Assembly (NCBI GenBank): GCA_963693365.1
Contig: CAVNZM010000014.1
Coordinates: 6,200,001-6,264,000 of the forward strand
Direction of reading: 5' to 3'
Source: Amoebidium appalachense
Lineage: Eukaryota > Protista > Ichthyosporea
Length of the DNA: 64,000 nt
The position numbers and the translations under genes were made by a program. Under the pieces are notes generated by a model. That model saw nothing but the letters and a program-made list of their open reading frames with translations, was not told the origin of the DNA and searched no databases. Positions 1-62,095 of this stretch are shown in pieces; the first letter of the stretch is position 1; every line of letters starts with the position of its first letter.

Positions 1-312
1 CCTTGTTCCACGTGCACACGCCAAGAAATGGGCAATATTTGATATCGCCCTCACCTTATTCCACACCCCAAGAAGAGGGCGATATTTGATATCGCCCTCA
101 CCTTGTTCCACACCCCAAGAAGAGGGCGATATCTGATATCGCCCTCACCTTGTTCCACACCCAAGAAGAGGGTGATAAATGATATAGCCGTGGCAATAGC
201 TTCTGGCAAAGTGTCTCCACAAGACAAGGGCGAGCAATGTAATACCCTGGCAAGGTGTCCCCACCCTGTCCTAGCAAGAATTCGAAGGGGGCGATGTCTG
301 ATATCGCCCTGG
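1..312. repeat. 47-bp tandem repeat with an internal palindrome (truncated by the window start)
   Basis: Unit CCTTGTTCCACACCCCAAGAAGAGGGCGATATTTGATATCGCCCTCA at ~54-100, 101-147 and 148-190. Diverged copies lie at 1-53 and ~285-312. Each unit contains the inverted repeat AGGGCGATAT..ATATCGCCCT. Confidence 0.85.
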
Positions 313-504
313 CCCTGTCCCGAATTTCCTAACAAGATCACACAGTTTGCGTTGTTTCACATGACGCCCCGCACCAGGTACGCGTGTAGGACCATGTGCA
401 GCCCAAAAGGAACGAGCACAGTGAACACTCGAGTCTCCAGTGAGTCGACACGAGTCTATTCGAAAGTCGAGTAGTCGACTGCCGGGCGGCGGGTCGGAGA
501 TCTC

Positions 505-870
505 TGTATGAGTGAGATTGTCCCACAATCACACGCATATGAATTTGTACTTGGAGTCATAGGCAGAGACCAGATCCGCCGAGACCCTGCCCGAGCCTCA
601 TGGCTTCCCCTATACTATGCCGCTGATTACGCTCATATATGGTAGCAGAGACAGTCCGACCGCCCTCTGATGGCCTAGCCGCTTTCCACTGCGCACTGCT
701 ATGAGCTCGGGGCGAGCTCACTCCCGCCGCCGAGATGTATGAGTGAGATTGTCCCACAATCACACGCATATGAATTTGTACTTGGAGTCATAGGCAGAGA
801 CCAGATCCGCCGAGACCCTGCCCGAGCCTCATGGCTCCCCCTATACTATGCCGCTGATTACGCTCATATA
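505..870 (+). mobile_element. TRIM-like non-autonomous LTR retrotransposon, 366 bp
   Basis: 135-bp direct repeats at 505-639 and 736-870 differ at 1 position. Each runs TGTATGAG...CTCATATA (imperfect terminal inverted repeat). TGGTAGCAGAG, complementary to the 3' end of initiator tRNA-Met, starts at 640. TCTC is duplicated at 501-504 and 871-874. The 96-bp interior is non-coding. Confidence 0.9.
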
Positions 871-1540
871 TCTCTACATGCACCTTCTAACGATTGGTCG
901 CCCGAACAAAATTCCGATCATTCCATTCACTGATCAAGCAAGTCTGTCTCATGTCTAAGAAAGAATCGCGATATGCGATGTCGTCCTCAAGCCCATCTCC
1001 CCATCTAAAGACAAAGGCCCAGAGGGCGGCCAATTGTGTGAATGTATATACATATATATCAAAAATAGAAAAGCACCCCTCGCCTCACACTTGAAGAGGT
1101 TACCGTCGACAGTTTCCAAGGTCGCTTTCCCCGTACCTATTCTGCCCCCACTGCAGATCGATAACTACATCAGAACAGACTCTAGTTCATTGGATTTTTA
1201 TAATAAATGCAACCTGTTAGCTAATGTATTAGAACCGGAGGTTATTGGCGGTTTTATTCTCTTTTCTTCCTCTCTTCCTCAATATATCCGTTTTAAGATG
1301 ACTATCCTAGATCACTTTATTAATGCTGCACAGTACTGTATGATATTGTGATCCGGTGCCTTAATTAACTTTCTTTCGGAGCTACCGATGCTAGCCTCTG
1401 CTTACCCATAATATGTAATAGGGGTGTCATATACTACGATGGCGCTCATTGTTGCCTAGCATGTACATATGTCACTGGCTGCATTTGATTGGCTGTGCTG
1501 GAAAACGCAGTAGGCCGTCGAATGTGGCTGGGCCTCCGGC

Positions 1541-3619
1541 CAGGGTTCGAAGGACGGTGGAGCCCATTAACGGAAGTCGAAATCCCGTTTCGGAAAACCT
1601 CTTCGAAAATCGGAATGCTCCGTTGGAGCAGGCCCACCAAAAATCGTAATCGTCGCGCATCAGTAAACTAGGGCATGCTTATTTGTGCCTATATTGCATC
1701 AAAATGTAATTATAATGCATATACTCAAAAACCCCTGTGGTTATTAGAGGCCTTCCTGGTGTTGGCAGTTGAAGCTTTGAAGGAATAAAAGGGAAATATG
1801 AAGTGCATTAATGCACAATATATATATACATTTTGTCTACGTATATACGTACGGTCACGTCCTCTTACACATATGTGCGGCAGTGCCAGTGTGTATGAGG
1901 ATATATACTATGTGTGCATATGTATCTAGTTCCTGTGTGTGTCACTGTGTCCGTGGCCTTATTTTTTCCCAGTGCACGCATTTCCTTTTATTTGACGCTC
2001 GAAGAACAGTATTTTGGTCGCAATACCACGTACGGAACGGAGGGGGGAGCCAACCTTATGACGTTTTGCAAGGCTACCATTTGCCAAAACAAAGTAGTGT
2101 ACAAAGAAAGCCCGATGCACATACCTCCCATGCAAACGATGCAGGATGTTTACTCGATTGTCTTGGATCACATGTACAAATACGTGCAAGCCTTCATTGA
2201 TAACTTGCAAAACCGATTCCCCTCGGACGAGTGCACTGAGGCTATGGACGTGTTTGTTCCATCGAAGTTCCCCATTACCAGAAGCAGCCTCGAAGCATAC
2301 AGAAACGACAAGATTAGAGTGCTCGCTGGGTTCTATGGGTCTGTTAAAACAGTGGGCGGAACGAATTATATACCCCCAATTGCCGCCGAAGATGTGATAG
2401 ATCAGTGGCCACGTGCCAAACAAATTATCTTTGAGCACCGGCATCTCCTTGAGGTTAAAGTAGAAAATGTACCGTGTTGGATATAGGTCTCTGAACGAGG
2501 CATGGGCCGATCTCGGTAAGATAGAAACTTTGCAATCATATTGTGCTGCTGTACTTGAGTTGGTTAACATTGTGAAAATAATCCCAATTAGTAATGCAAC
2601 AAGTGAACGTGGCTTCTCTGGTGTGAATATCATTAAGACTTCTCTCACTTGAAGCACGTATGACAACACAGACAGTGCACAATCAGCTCATGATAGCCAT
2701 GAATGGGCCGGATATAGAGGCAGATGTGAAGCACGTGAAAGCTGCATGCTTAAGTTTCAGAAAGAAATGGCTAAGAAATTAGTTAGAAAGGGCAAACTGA
2801 AAGGGTTGACTGTAGAAGGGGCCAAGGAGCAGCTGGAAAAGGCCCAGGTGGCTGGCCGAGGCAGCAGCCCAAAAGAAGGCTCTGGCAGATTTCCTGGCTT
2901 TTGACTGGAACAGGGTGCACAATGTTACAGTATGTTGCCAACCCTTTCAAATAAGTTGGATCTCTCTGACAAAACACCAGCACCTAGTAACCGTCAAGTA
3001 GTGTCCCTTGTTTTTATTTAAAAATTCTGGGGGAGGGGAGGGGAGGCCTAGGGAGGGGGGGGGGGGGGGGGGTGAGTTGAGGCAGCAACATGGGAAGCTC
3101 AGGCAGAAATCGAATGTTTGGGGGGGGGGGGAGAGGGGGGGGGGGAGGGGAGGGGGAAAGAAAATTACGTTGGGTGGTTGTGTTTGTGTTTGTGTGTGTG
3201 TGAGTATTTTTCTTTGCAATTGTGTGTGTGTGTGTGTGGTGGGTATGTATGCACGGTGCATGTGTCTGTGTGTATGTGTACAGGTGTGGGCCGTGTGTGC
3301 CACTTTGTGTCAGCGGTAATGGGTGTGTGTGTGTCTATGTTGTGTGCATATGTGCGTACATGTGCACGCGTGTGTGTGTGTGTATGTGTGTGTGTTTGTG
3401 TGTGTGTGTGTGTGCATGACATTGTGTGCATGTGTGTGTGTGTTTTGTGTCAACGGTTATGGTGTGTGTGTACTATGATGTAATATGCCAGTAGTGTCAC
3501 GGTGTATGTATGTGTGTGTGTGTGCAGTGTGGTGTGTATGTATGCAGGGTGTGTGTGTCTGTGTATGTGTGTGTACATGCCAGTGTGGGTGTGGGTGTTT
3601 GTACCAACGGTTTCTTGTG

Positions 3620-3654
<35 letters not shown>

Positions 3655-4602
3655 GCCACGGGGTGTGTGTGCGTGCGCCGTGTACATGGTGTGTGTGTGC
3701 AGTGTAAGTGTGTGTGTGTGTGTGTGTGTGTTTGTTTGTGGGTGGGTGGGTGGGTGGGTGCATAGCATGTGATTGTACAGGGTGGATGCATGTGCACGTT
3801 TGTAATACAGTTATCATGATCTGAGATAGTATGTGCCTGTGCACGTGTCCTAGCCTAGGTCACATGTGTGGATGTCACGGCTGTGTATGTATGTGCATGT
3901 GTGTTTTTGAACGGAACACAGTGGTGCACAGTGTGTGTATTGCCTGCCATTTAAGACGCGTGCCACTGATCGTGATACACGTGGCACCTGCACCTGGTGG
4001 CCGTCGACTCTGAGCATCTAGATCCATTCCATGTTTAGGGCCTTCCTGGGGGGGAAGGGGGGGGGGGGGGGGGGGGGGGGTACTAGTAGGGGGGGGGGGG
4101 GGGGGATCCGCCTGAGAGGGGGGAGGGGGAGGGGGGGGGGGGAGGGGGTGAGGCCGGAGCGGCGGTGGGGGAGAAGGAGGGGCAGCACTGGTGGAGGGAA
4201 CGGTGGGCAGCGGAGGAGGGGGGAATGGGGTTCGATTTCTGGGGGGGGGAAGTTTTGAAGTGGAGGCCGGCCTATATATATACATGCGCAGGCATATGCA
4301 TTGTATGTTCATGTGGCCATGCATGGCTATGATGCATATGTGGTGTCACGGCTGTGTGTGTGTGAATGTGTGTGTGTGTGTATGGGTGTGTGTGTGTGTG
4401 CGCGCGCGTGGGTGCGTGCATAAATCAGTTTGGTGTGACAACATGTACATACATGTGCTAGGCTGGCGCTGCAGTCAGGGTCTGCCATTGAACATTCTAC
4501 AGGGACAGGGTGACACGTACGTACGTGTGCAGCTTGTGTGGGTGGTGTATGCCCCGTGTATGATGAGACCTGCGAGGTCATGAGAAGCCTTCCCCCCGGG
4601 GG

Positions 4603-4666
<64 letters not shown>

Positions 4667-4758
4667 CTCTCGGGCGTTCCGAATCGGCCGGGACGATTTT
4701 CGGAACTGTGTTTTCAAATATCGGAAATTCCGATTTTTTTTCGTAACTTCGAACCCTG
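1541..4758 (+). mobile_element. Defective hAT-superfamily DNA transposon, 3218 bp
   Basis: Perfect 12-bp TIRs CAGGGTTCGAAG (1541-1552) and CTTCGAACCCTG (4747-4758). Perfect 8-bp TSD CCTCCGGC (1533-1540 and 4759-4766). Repeated TCGGAA-like subterminal motifs. Internal transposase remnant. Confidence 0.93.
1975..2782 (+). pseudogene. C-terminal remnant of a hAT transposase (ZNF862-like, dimerisation domain)
   Basis: Reads FIDNLQNRFPS...MDVFVP...YRNDKIRVLAGFY...IDQW. After a frameshift it reads LVNIVKIIPISNATSERGFSGVNIIKT* (the hAT 'S-E-R-x-F-S' motif). After a second frameshift it reads RMTTQTVHNQLMIAMNGP. There are two frameshifts and the N-terminal part is missing. Confidence 0.88.
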
Positions 4759-5295
4759 CCTCCGGCAGTGTCCACGCATTAAAAAGTGTGTAAACCCCCC
4801 TTTTATACACCTTCCTACCTATAATAAGCATGATAAATTTGCTGCGGGCCTATGAAGGAGGGCCTGGAATTGGAGATTAGCGAAAAGCCAGACTGAGTGA
4901 GAAATTGGCAGCCACAGTCACCACACAAGGGTGTATGTACGTCAGTAGCCTGTAAAGCACAGAAAGGGCCTCGACTTTGTCTCTGCAAAAATGTTGAGAA
5001 TGTTTGTATTTTTGGGTAACAACCCATTTCCCTGCTTAACAGCAGTAGAATCGTTGTGCCCGTCCCTCAGGAAAAGCCATGTCAACACGGGCAAGAGGTC
5101 AAGAACATATCCTGCAACTTTGGCATCTTTCACATACATATGCATGAGAAAAAGGCCGCCCTTGGGATCCACCTGCATTGAGCAATAGTTGAAAACTCGT
5201 GTGAAAGGGGCACGTGAACACATGTGCACGGCCGTCGGTTGTTGATATTACAACAACATCTGAGACCTGTAGCATGCGTACACATGCACAGATAC

Positions 5296-5354
<59 letters not shown>

Positions 5355-5397
5355 CCACACACACACACACGAACACACACATACACACACACACACG

Positions 5398-5460
<63 letters not shown>

Positions 5461-5467
5461 ACGCACG

Positions 5468-5520
<53 letters not shown>

Positions 5521-5671
5521 ACGTGCACAAGTGCACCATCCGCACACTTGACGCACCCAAAACACACACACCTACGCACATACGGAGTTCTACACACACA
5601 CGCACACACACACAAACAAACACACACCCATACACACACAGACAGACAGAAAGACAGGAACTCACGCACCT

Positions 5672-5706
<35 letters not shown>

Positions 5707-5948
5707 CGCACGCACACACACACACACATACACAGTGTCAGGCACACACACCGTCCACCTTTCACAGTGTACACAAACACATACACACCCACCCACACAC
5801 ACACACACAGAGAGAGAGAGGGAGAAAGAGAGCGGAGGGGGTGGAGAGAGGGGGGGGGGGGGGGAGGTGAGACAGTGAAGGGAGAGAGAGGAGAGGGAGA
5901 GAGGGGGAGAGAGAGGGGAGGGAGAGAGGAGGAGGAGGGGGGGGGGGG

Positions 5949-6103
<155 letters not shown>

Positions 6104-6110
6104 AGAGAGG

Positions 6111-6162
<52 letters not shown>

Positions 6163-7210
6163 TCCAATTTCTAGTTCACGTTTGTCCTCTGTGAGTGTAC
6201 ATAACTTGAAGAAGGTTTTTTTAAAAACCATCTCTTCTCCACTTTTGCACGTGTTTTAGCTGCTGCTGCTGCCACTGTCCAGTGTTACGTAGTGTGGTGT
6301 GTGATGGGGACTCGATGACTAGTCGATGTGTTTTGTGCAGTAAAGCAACAATAGTAATAATAGAGTCAATGATCTGCTTCGGAATCCATGACTGTGGCAT
6401 TGAAGGCACTGCTTTATATAGCCTTTGACCACTCAATGGTGGCCCCTCGCACACCCATGTGGTGGACCACTTAGGCACAGCGTGGCCGAAATTTTTAATT
6501 CGAAGGCACAGCCAAAATACCTCTTGAAAAGTTAACTGTGCAAGTGGGGGAATGATTGACTCGGGATTTGGCCCTGGAATAAACAGAAGCAGTCGTTCAC
6601 CAGACCAGTTGCAGGTAACTGTAGGTAAACTGTTACTGCGAACAACTAAACATATTTTCTGCAGAGAGTAATAAGGAACTAAGCATATGAATTCACATGG
6701 TTTATGGCCCACTGGGTTTCAATAAAACCTTGTGACCTTGTGATAAAGTTAGACATGACGGTGGTTGCACACGGTGGTGAAGCCATCTCCTCGCCGAGTA
6801 TCTCCTTGTCAGCTGCAGTGTCACGTGCCCGCACATTTACTCGCACAAGAGCACACCCACGCACTCACACACACGCGCGCGCTCAAACACACACCAGCGC
6901 GCACATGACGTGCACACACGCACACACACGCACAAAAAAAAAAAAAGAAAGAAAGAAAAAAAGAAGAAGAAAGGGAGAAAAAACACGTGCACACGACCAC
7001 ACACATACACTGTCATGTACCTGCACTCATGCACAGACTACAGACACACAACGCACGCACACACACACACACACAAATTTGTACACACACACACGCACAC
7101 ACTGACGCGCACACACGAATTTGCCAAGTCACCCCTCCTTTTTCCAATGACAAAGTGGTGACACTTTGGCCCGGAGTCCAAGTTTCCAGTTGGACTATAC
7201 TTTGGCCTGC

Positions 7211-7266
<56 letters not shown>

Positions 7267-7847
7267 AAGTTCATGCATACATACGTCTTTATATAACCAA
7301 GAGGTCACAGTGCAATTGCTAAGCCATCAAGTTCAACCTGTCAAGTTTTATTTGCTTGGGTATATGCTGACATGTCCACTTCAGTTTCTCCTCCCCCGGG
7401 GCCCCACACCACCACACAAAAATTGCTTGGCTAAAATCAAAACAGAATAAGAAACGGTATAACAAAAAGGGAAGCCGATCGGGCAATGAGCCTTCCAGCT
7501 TCAGGGGTAAGTAGCATTCGCAGAAATATACACAAAAAGAAGGAAAAAAGTACATTTATGTGGTTTTTACGCAGAGTGCTAACGGACTCAAATTAAGATA
7601 TCAAGCAATATTGCAAATTCGAAGAAAAATCGGAATGTTCACACAGGGAAATTCCCGAGAATTCTAAAAAATTGAAGTATGTTACTGTTGAACAGTAAGA
7701 ACAGAAAGAACAGTAAGTGGGGCGATAAGACATCAAAACTTACGTAAAATGATTGCATATTTACTCTTTACACAGATAAGCTAAGTATAATTCAAAATCT
7801 TTTCTGGAAAAACAAAACTGGATACACCGGAAATACGATTTATCGAT

Positions 7848-13834
<5,987 letters not shown>

Positions 13835-14947
13835 GTTTGCTCCAAAAGGAAACCTCCCTGCCTCCTTCGCTTTGCGTAAAAACGTGGCATAGCGAACGAC
13901 ATAAGGAAGCGGGCGCCTCACAAGGCCTAACCAGCACTACCGAGTTACCCCTTCACCTAATCCTTGTGACATGCAATTGAATAAAAAGTTTACGCCCTCC
14001 CACAAAAGCACCCATAACAGCACCGTAATTTCTAAAATGTAAACATACGGCTTCTGCTGTGGTGGATAGGATGATGACCCTAGCCAACTAGCAACATGGA
14101 ATCCAGATCTTCCACAAGGGCTTGTGGGTGTGTGTGCAAAGATGAAGCTAATAACAGCTCAGGTTAAATCTTCGTTTTTCTATTTATGTGGATGACAAGC
14201 CCAGAAGAAAACATGAACGAATAGGTTTGAAAAGACGCACATGCAGGAAAGATGATGACACAAAAACATAACTTTCTAAAGAGAAAGGAAACCTCGTCAT
14301 GACTGAGGACCCAAACCGCGCGTGAAGCCTTCTGTATGCAAAGTTAAAGACTGAGCAGTAACGCGCTACCTTTGTTTCCTATATATGGATATCTAGTTAC
14401 CACACATAGTTAAAAATATGTAAAAAAGCCATATATAGATATACGCTGTTCCTTGTGCTATCTGTTTTCGTTAACCAATGAAGTAGAAACATTGTAACCA
14501 ATAAAAATCCACGAAGTATTATCATACTTAGTGTTTAGAACTATTTATCCATTGGTTTGTAACAGCACTTTTGGCGGGAATTTTTGGATTGAACATATTA
14601 GGTCCTAGACTCCCGGTAAGTTACGTATACCCGGGCCGAGCACATATATCGACTGAGAAACGAGCCTTTCGAAGTTAGAATCCGAAGTTCTTGTTCATGT
14701 AGTTCATGTGTTCGCCTCCTGCATTATTTTCACCCTCTATCACTCTGCAATTGACAGGGTCACAAACTACTTGCATTTTGAGCAACCTTATCCCCCATGC
14801 ACGCGTAGATCACATCCCTGTCAGCAGCAGAGAATACGCATTCTTTTTCACTCCAACGTAGCCTCTACATGTTATTCACTTATACAAGTTTTTGCATGTG
14901 GCCTGTGATGTTCTTGTTTACTATGAACTAGCACTGGGGAAGAGACC
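13835..14947. promoter_or_regulatory. Bidirectional promoter region between the kinase and TONSL, with an E2F-like site and CCAAT boxes
   Basis: Divergent start codons 1.1 kb apart, in a region free of microsatellites. TTTTGGCGGGAA at 14569-14580. CCAAT at 14475 and 14498, ATTGG at 14551. A probable 5'UTR intron donor GTAAGT lies near 14616. Confidence 0.6.
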
Positions 14948-58459
<43,512 letters not shown>

Positions 58460-58671
58460 GCCATTCATCATTCAGTAATGGTGGGGCAACATCATAAACC
58501 TTCTTACATATGTTTCATCTTACTAATAATCGCCGGATTTCTTTTTGATACTATATAAAACCCGAACAAAGAACAGATCCTTTTCTCGTTCTTTTTTTTA
58601 AGAGCAGGTATAGTTGTTTGGTGAAGGCAACTTGACAAAACCGCAGGTACGACGTACACACGTTGACGTTT

Positions 58672-59140
58672 GCGCTCGAGCTAAGATCACGTTGCCACAC
58701 TGCCTTTCTGGCAATATTGAAGGCAGGTTTTCTTATCTTTTCAGACGCCGGCACATTCAATCGGAGGACAAATGGTTTTTCGCCCACAACAGCACTTAAC
58801 ACCTGTTGGTGCCAATCCCCTTGTTTTCCTTAACCGCGCCCAACCATGGGAACGGTTGGGCATCCTTCAGACAGAACTTCCGGATCTCGCTCGACTATGC
58901 ATGGGGTCCTTTGGTGGGTGTGGCCGTTAAAGAAACAAACACTGTGATGGTAGCTAAACAGGTGCAGGCTTTAATTTTCTCTTCAATCTGAGGAAAACAG
59001 ATCGCTGGTGTGTGTTCGTAGTTGATTGAATGAACCGATGTCTCGGCATCATAAGTCTTTGCTTGGTCTAGAATGCCTTGGTATGGATACACCTCGCGCA
59101 TTAAGACACTTTTGGCCAAAAACGTGTGTGTGTGTGTGTG

Positions 59141-59199
<59 letters not shown>

Positions 59200-59354
59200 G
59201 GGGGGAGGCAGAGAGAGAGAAAGCTGAGAGAGATGGAGAGAGGGAGCCATGAATGATTGATGAGGAAGATTGAGTCTGACAGTCCATAGTGTCTTAATAT
59301 TATATACAAGATAGTTGGAGAGATGGCGAGCATGCACAAATAGTACGTCACCAG
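58672..59354. repeat. Left arm of a long inverted repeat
   Basis: Reverse complement of 62727-63305 at high identity. The ORF track shows mirrored peptides (for example 58895..59287- and 62864..63088+). Confidence 0.93.
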
Positions 59355-59695
59355 CACTCAAAAACATTAGCTACGTAACCCTATGGTACCTAGTGTTCAT
59401 CCAAATAAAGTAATTTAAATTGAAAAAAAACTCTAAATGTATCGTTTTATGTACATATGTGCGGTGCAGCCAATGATTGAAAAGTGTCTTGTCCATTATC
59501 ATTTTAAAATAGTAAAACATTTTAAATAAATTGATAGTTGGGAACAAAGGAAATAAAAACATTGTGTAAGCTAAACAGCTTGGCACTGGCACCCAAACAC
59601 CGTTAAATTATAATTGTACATGTGGCAAATCGAGAACATTGCTGTGTACCCAAGATATAATTGTCATGGTGAGTATGCTGGTTCGGACATCCCCC

Positions 59696-60870
59696 TCAAC
59701 CTAAAGGTGCTGCACATCCAATAGTGCGAGCGAGTGCTCGCCTTCTCTCCTCAAGCCCCTTCGGAACGACAGCGTTGTACCCTTCCAGATAGGTTTTCAT
59801 TTCAGGCCCGGTCAACTTCTTCAGATCTTCAACGTTGCACAGCGGCGGAAGTTCCTGCGGGGTTCCAAACCAAAATTAATGGTAAAGTTTAGTGCTCCAC
59901 ATCACAGGGCATTAAGAGAATTTCAGTACCAGAAGCCAAGAAACTGAGGGCCGCACGAATGTGTCAACGCTGCTGTGATCACAGTTTCTAAAATGCTTGT
60001 GCGCCATGCCTGAGCGTTAAAATTTGACGCCACCCGCAAGTGGGCTCCACGACACTTCTTCAGGCCTGGGTATTTAGAAAGCTATTTCCACAAGGCATTT
60101 GAAATAAGCTGACAGTGTGAAATGTGAATTGACCGTTGATGCAATGTTATCATTCAATTTATTACACTGACAACTATGTAAAGCAGACGCCTTGCAGCCT
60201 GAATGTTCCTAACTAAAACACTACATACTATTGTTGATTGATGGAACAAGCCTGATACAGCTCGAGTCGAGGGGACTTAGCTCATATTAATGAAAGCTCG
60301 AGGCCCTGGGCACGCGCACGGATATGTTCAACTTTGTGATCATGAAATAGCATTGTGCACATGTGCAATACAGCTGCAGTTGCATGCATTAAATCGTAGC
60401 ATGGCCATTGTGGTAGACAGTGCCATTACTGTGCTAATGACGTCTCTTCAGTCTGTTAACCATAGAAACATAATAGAATAGCCCAAAGCAATGCCTTGAG
60501 ATTGACACTTACATGTGGTGGCTGCGTGGGGTCTGAGCCGTCGGGGAACCGGACGACTTCGAAAGAAACTGCCATCCCGTCGGAGCACGTGCGGTTGAAA
60601 GCCTGTGCAAGATTGCAACACTCATTATAAGTACACACTCTAACAGCATGGATTCTAAAAAGGCCCAAAATCCCCCCCACCTCCCCCATCCCCACTCACA
60701 CCCCGCACACCCACCCTAAGCACAAAGCCCCACCTTACAGTTTTTCTTATGCTGTCTCTCGCCCATACATATTCCCTTCAAGTTGATGGCACCCCAGCTA
60801 CGTAACCCCTCACCCTTAATTTTTTTTTTTTGGTAGTTGTGGCGCGGTGTGTGTGTGTGTTTCTTTTTTT

Positions 60871-60905
<35 letters not shown>

Positions 60906-61465
60906 GGAAATAAGCGCCTGGTCCACAGTTTGATTCTCCAACAGAATCTGACTTCTTAGTTAAATAAATTTTCGTTGCCGTGACTTTCTTATTTGTATAG
61001 TTTAGATTTAACCACATCAATGAAATCGGCATTGACTGGCTATTATGACCTACCGCTTCAATCAGATGCCACTAGATTAAATGGGGTACTTCAAGGTTGT
61101 ATGTGCAATCACTTCCGTAACAGTTCTTTGCTTGGATTGGAACTTACCTTGCACATTCGCTGCTCCATCTTTTTTAACGTGGAATTGAGCTCCTTGTTGT
61201 CGTCCTTGAGCTCCTTGTTGTCGTCCTTGAGCTCCTTGATGTCGGCCTTGAGCTTCTTGATGTCGTCCTTGAGCTCCTTGTGGTTTGCAGTCATCATCTT
61301 AATAATCTCTTCCAGCTTTTCGCCCATGAAGCCTGCATCCCTCAGTCCCGGCAAGTTTGGAAAGAGCGCCAATTGTCCCCCAAGCTCTTTCAAAGACTGT
61401 GCGGAGGCTTCACTAGCTCGCGTGATCTTCTCCATGTCTGGCTGTGCCCCGGCGGCGGCGTCCAT
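59696..61465 (-). CDS. 188-aa coiled-coil protein with a Mug135-like C-terminal domain, 3 exons
   Basis: Exons 61465-61148, 60602-60513 and 59854-59696, with GTAAGT donors, CAG acceptors, all phase 0. Reads MDAAAGAQPDMEKITRAS...LALFPNLP, then heptad repeats KELKDD(I/N), then AFNRTCSDGMAVSFEVVRFPDGSDPTQPPH/ELPPLCNVEDLKKLTGPEMKTYLEGY...RRRALARTIG. The gene structure is clear. The family assignment is from recalled similarity, not a search. Confidence 0.8.
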
Positions 61466-62042
61466 TTTCGCTTGTGTCTGAGGGTGATCAGGCAATTGTG
61501 CGTGAGGGGATGGTTCGGGCGAAGAGGAATGATTATAAGCCGGCAACGGCAAGGGTATACAGTACGATCTGTGTCTAGGAGGAAGACGGTAAGCTCCCCT
61601 GAGGCAGTGCCTCGCCGGGAGTGAAACGGGATAAAATAAATAAAAAAAAGGCAACGGCAAGGGTAGAAAAGTACAACAAAAGAGAAATGGTATTGCCCTG
61701 TGCACAACAGTAGCTGCACAAGGCAAGGTCAACAGAGTAGTATAAAGGGGTTGCACTGACGTTAGGTGTGCGAGTGCATTGCTTGCAACGAAAGGGCCCT
61801 CGACAGTATGTAAGTTTCTATCTTTTCCACATGAAAAAATCATACATCCACACAGCCAGCCACCAGTTCAAAAATGCACACCCTCCCCCCACCTCTTCGC
61901 TTTCCCTTTCTTCCATACAATAAATCCTGACCCTCTCCATCAGTCCTACTCCACTTGCCGAAAGGGACAGGAAAAAACGGATCTGAAAAAGAACAATATC
62001 GGCTGGGATTCGAACTGGAAGCAGGCGGGAGGAAAAGGCGGT

Positions 62043-62095
<53 letters not shown>

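Noticed and set aside
1-312. CRISPR-like look of the palindromic repeats
   Set aside because: The intervening sequence is repeated as well, so there are no unique spacers. There are no cas genes and the context is eukaryotic.
1034-1351. 105-aa ORF faintly resembling a LINE C-terminus
   Set aside because: No RT or endonuclease motifs and no tail or TSD, so the evidence is too weak to call.
1959-2669. 236-aa minus-strand ORF
   Set aside because: Antisense shadow of the hAT transposase remnant.
58551-59287. ORFs in the inverted-repeat arms as functional genes
   Set aside because: All frames are interrupted by stops, no family is recognisable, and the mirrored ORFs only reflect the duplication.
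60993-61843. 244-aa minus ORF from 61843 and 162-aa plus ORF at 60993
   Set aside because: The upstream extension is not protein-like and the likely start is ATG 61465. The plus ORF is the antisense shadow of the heptad repeat.
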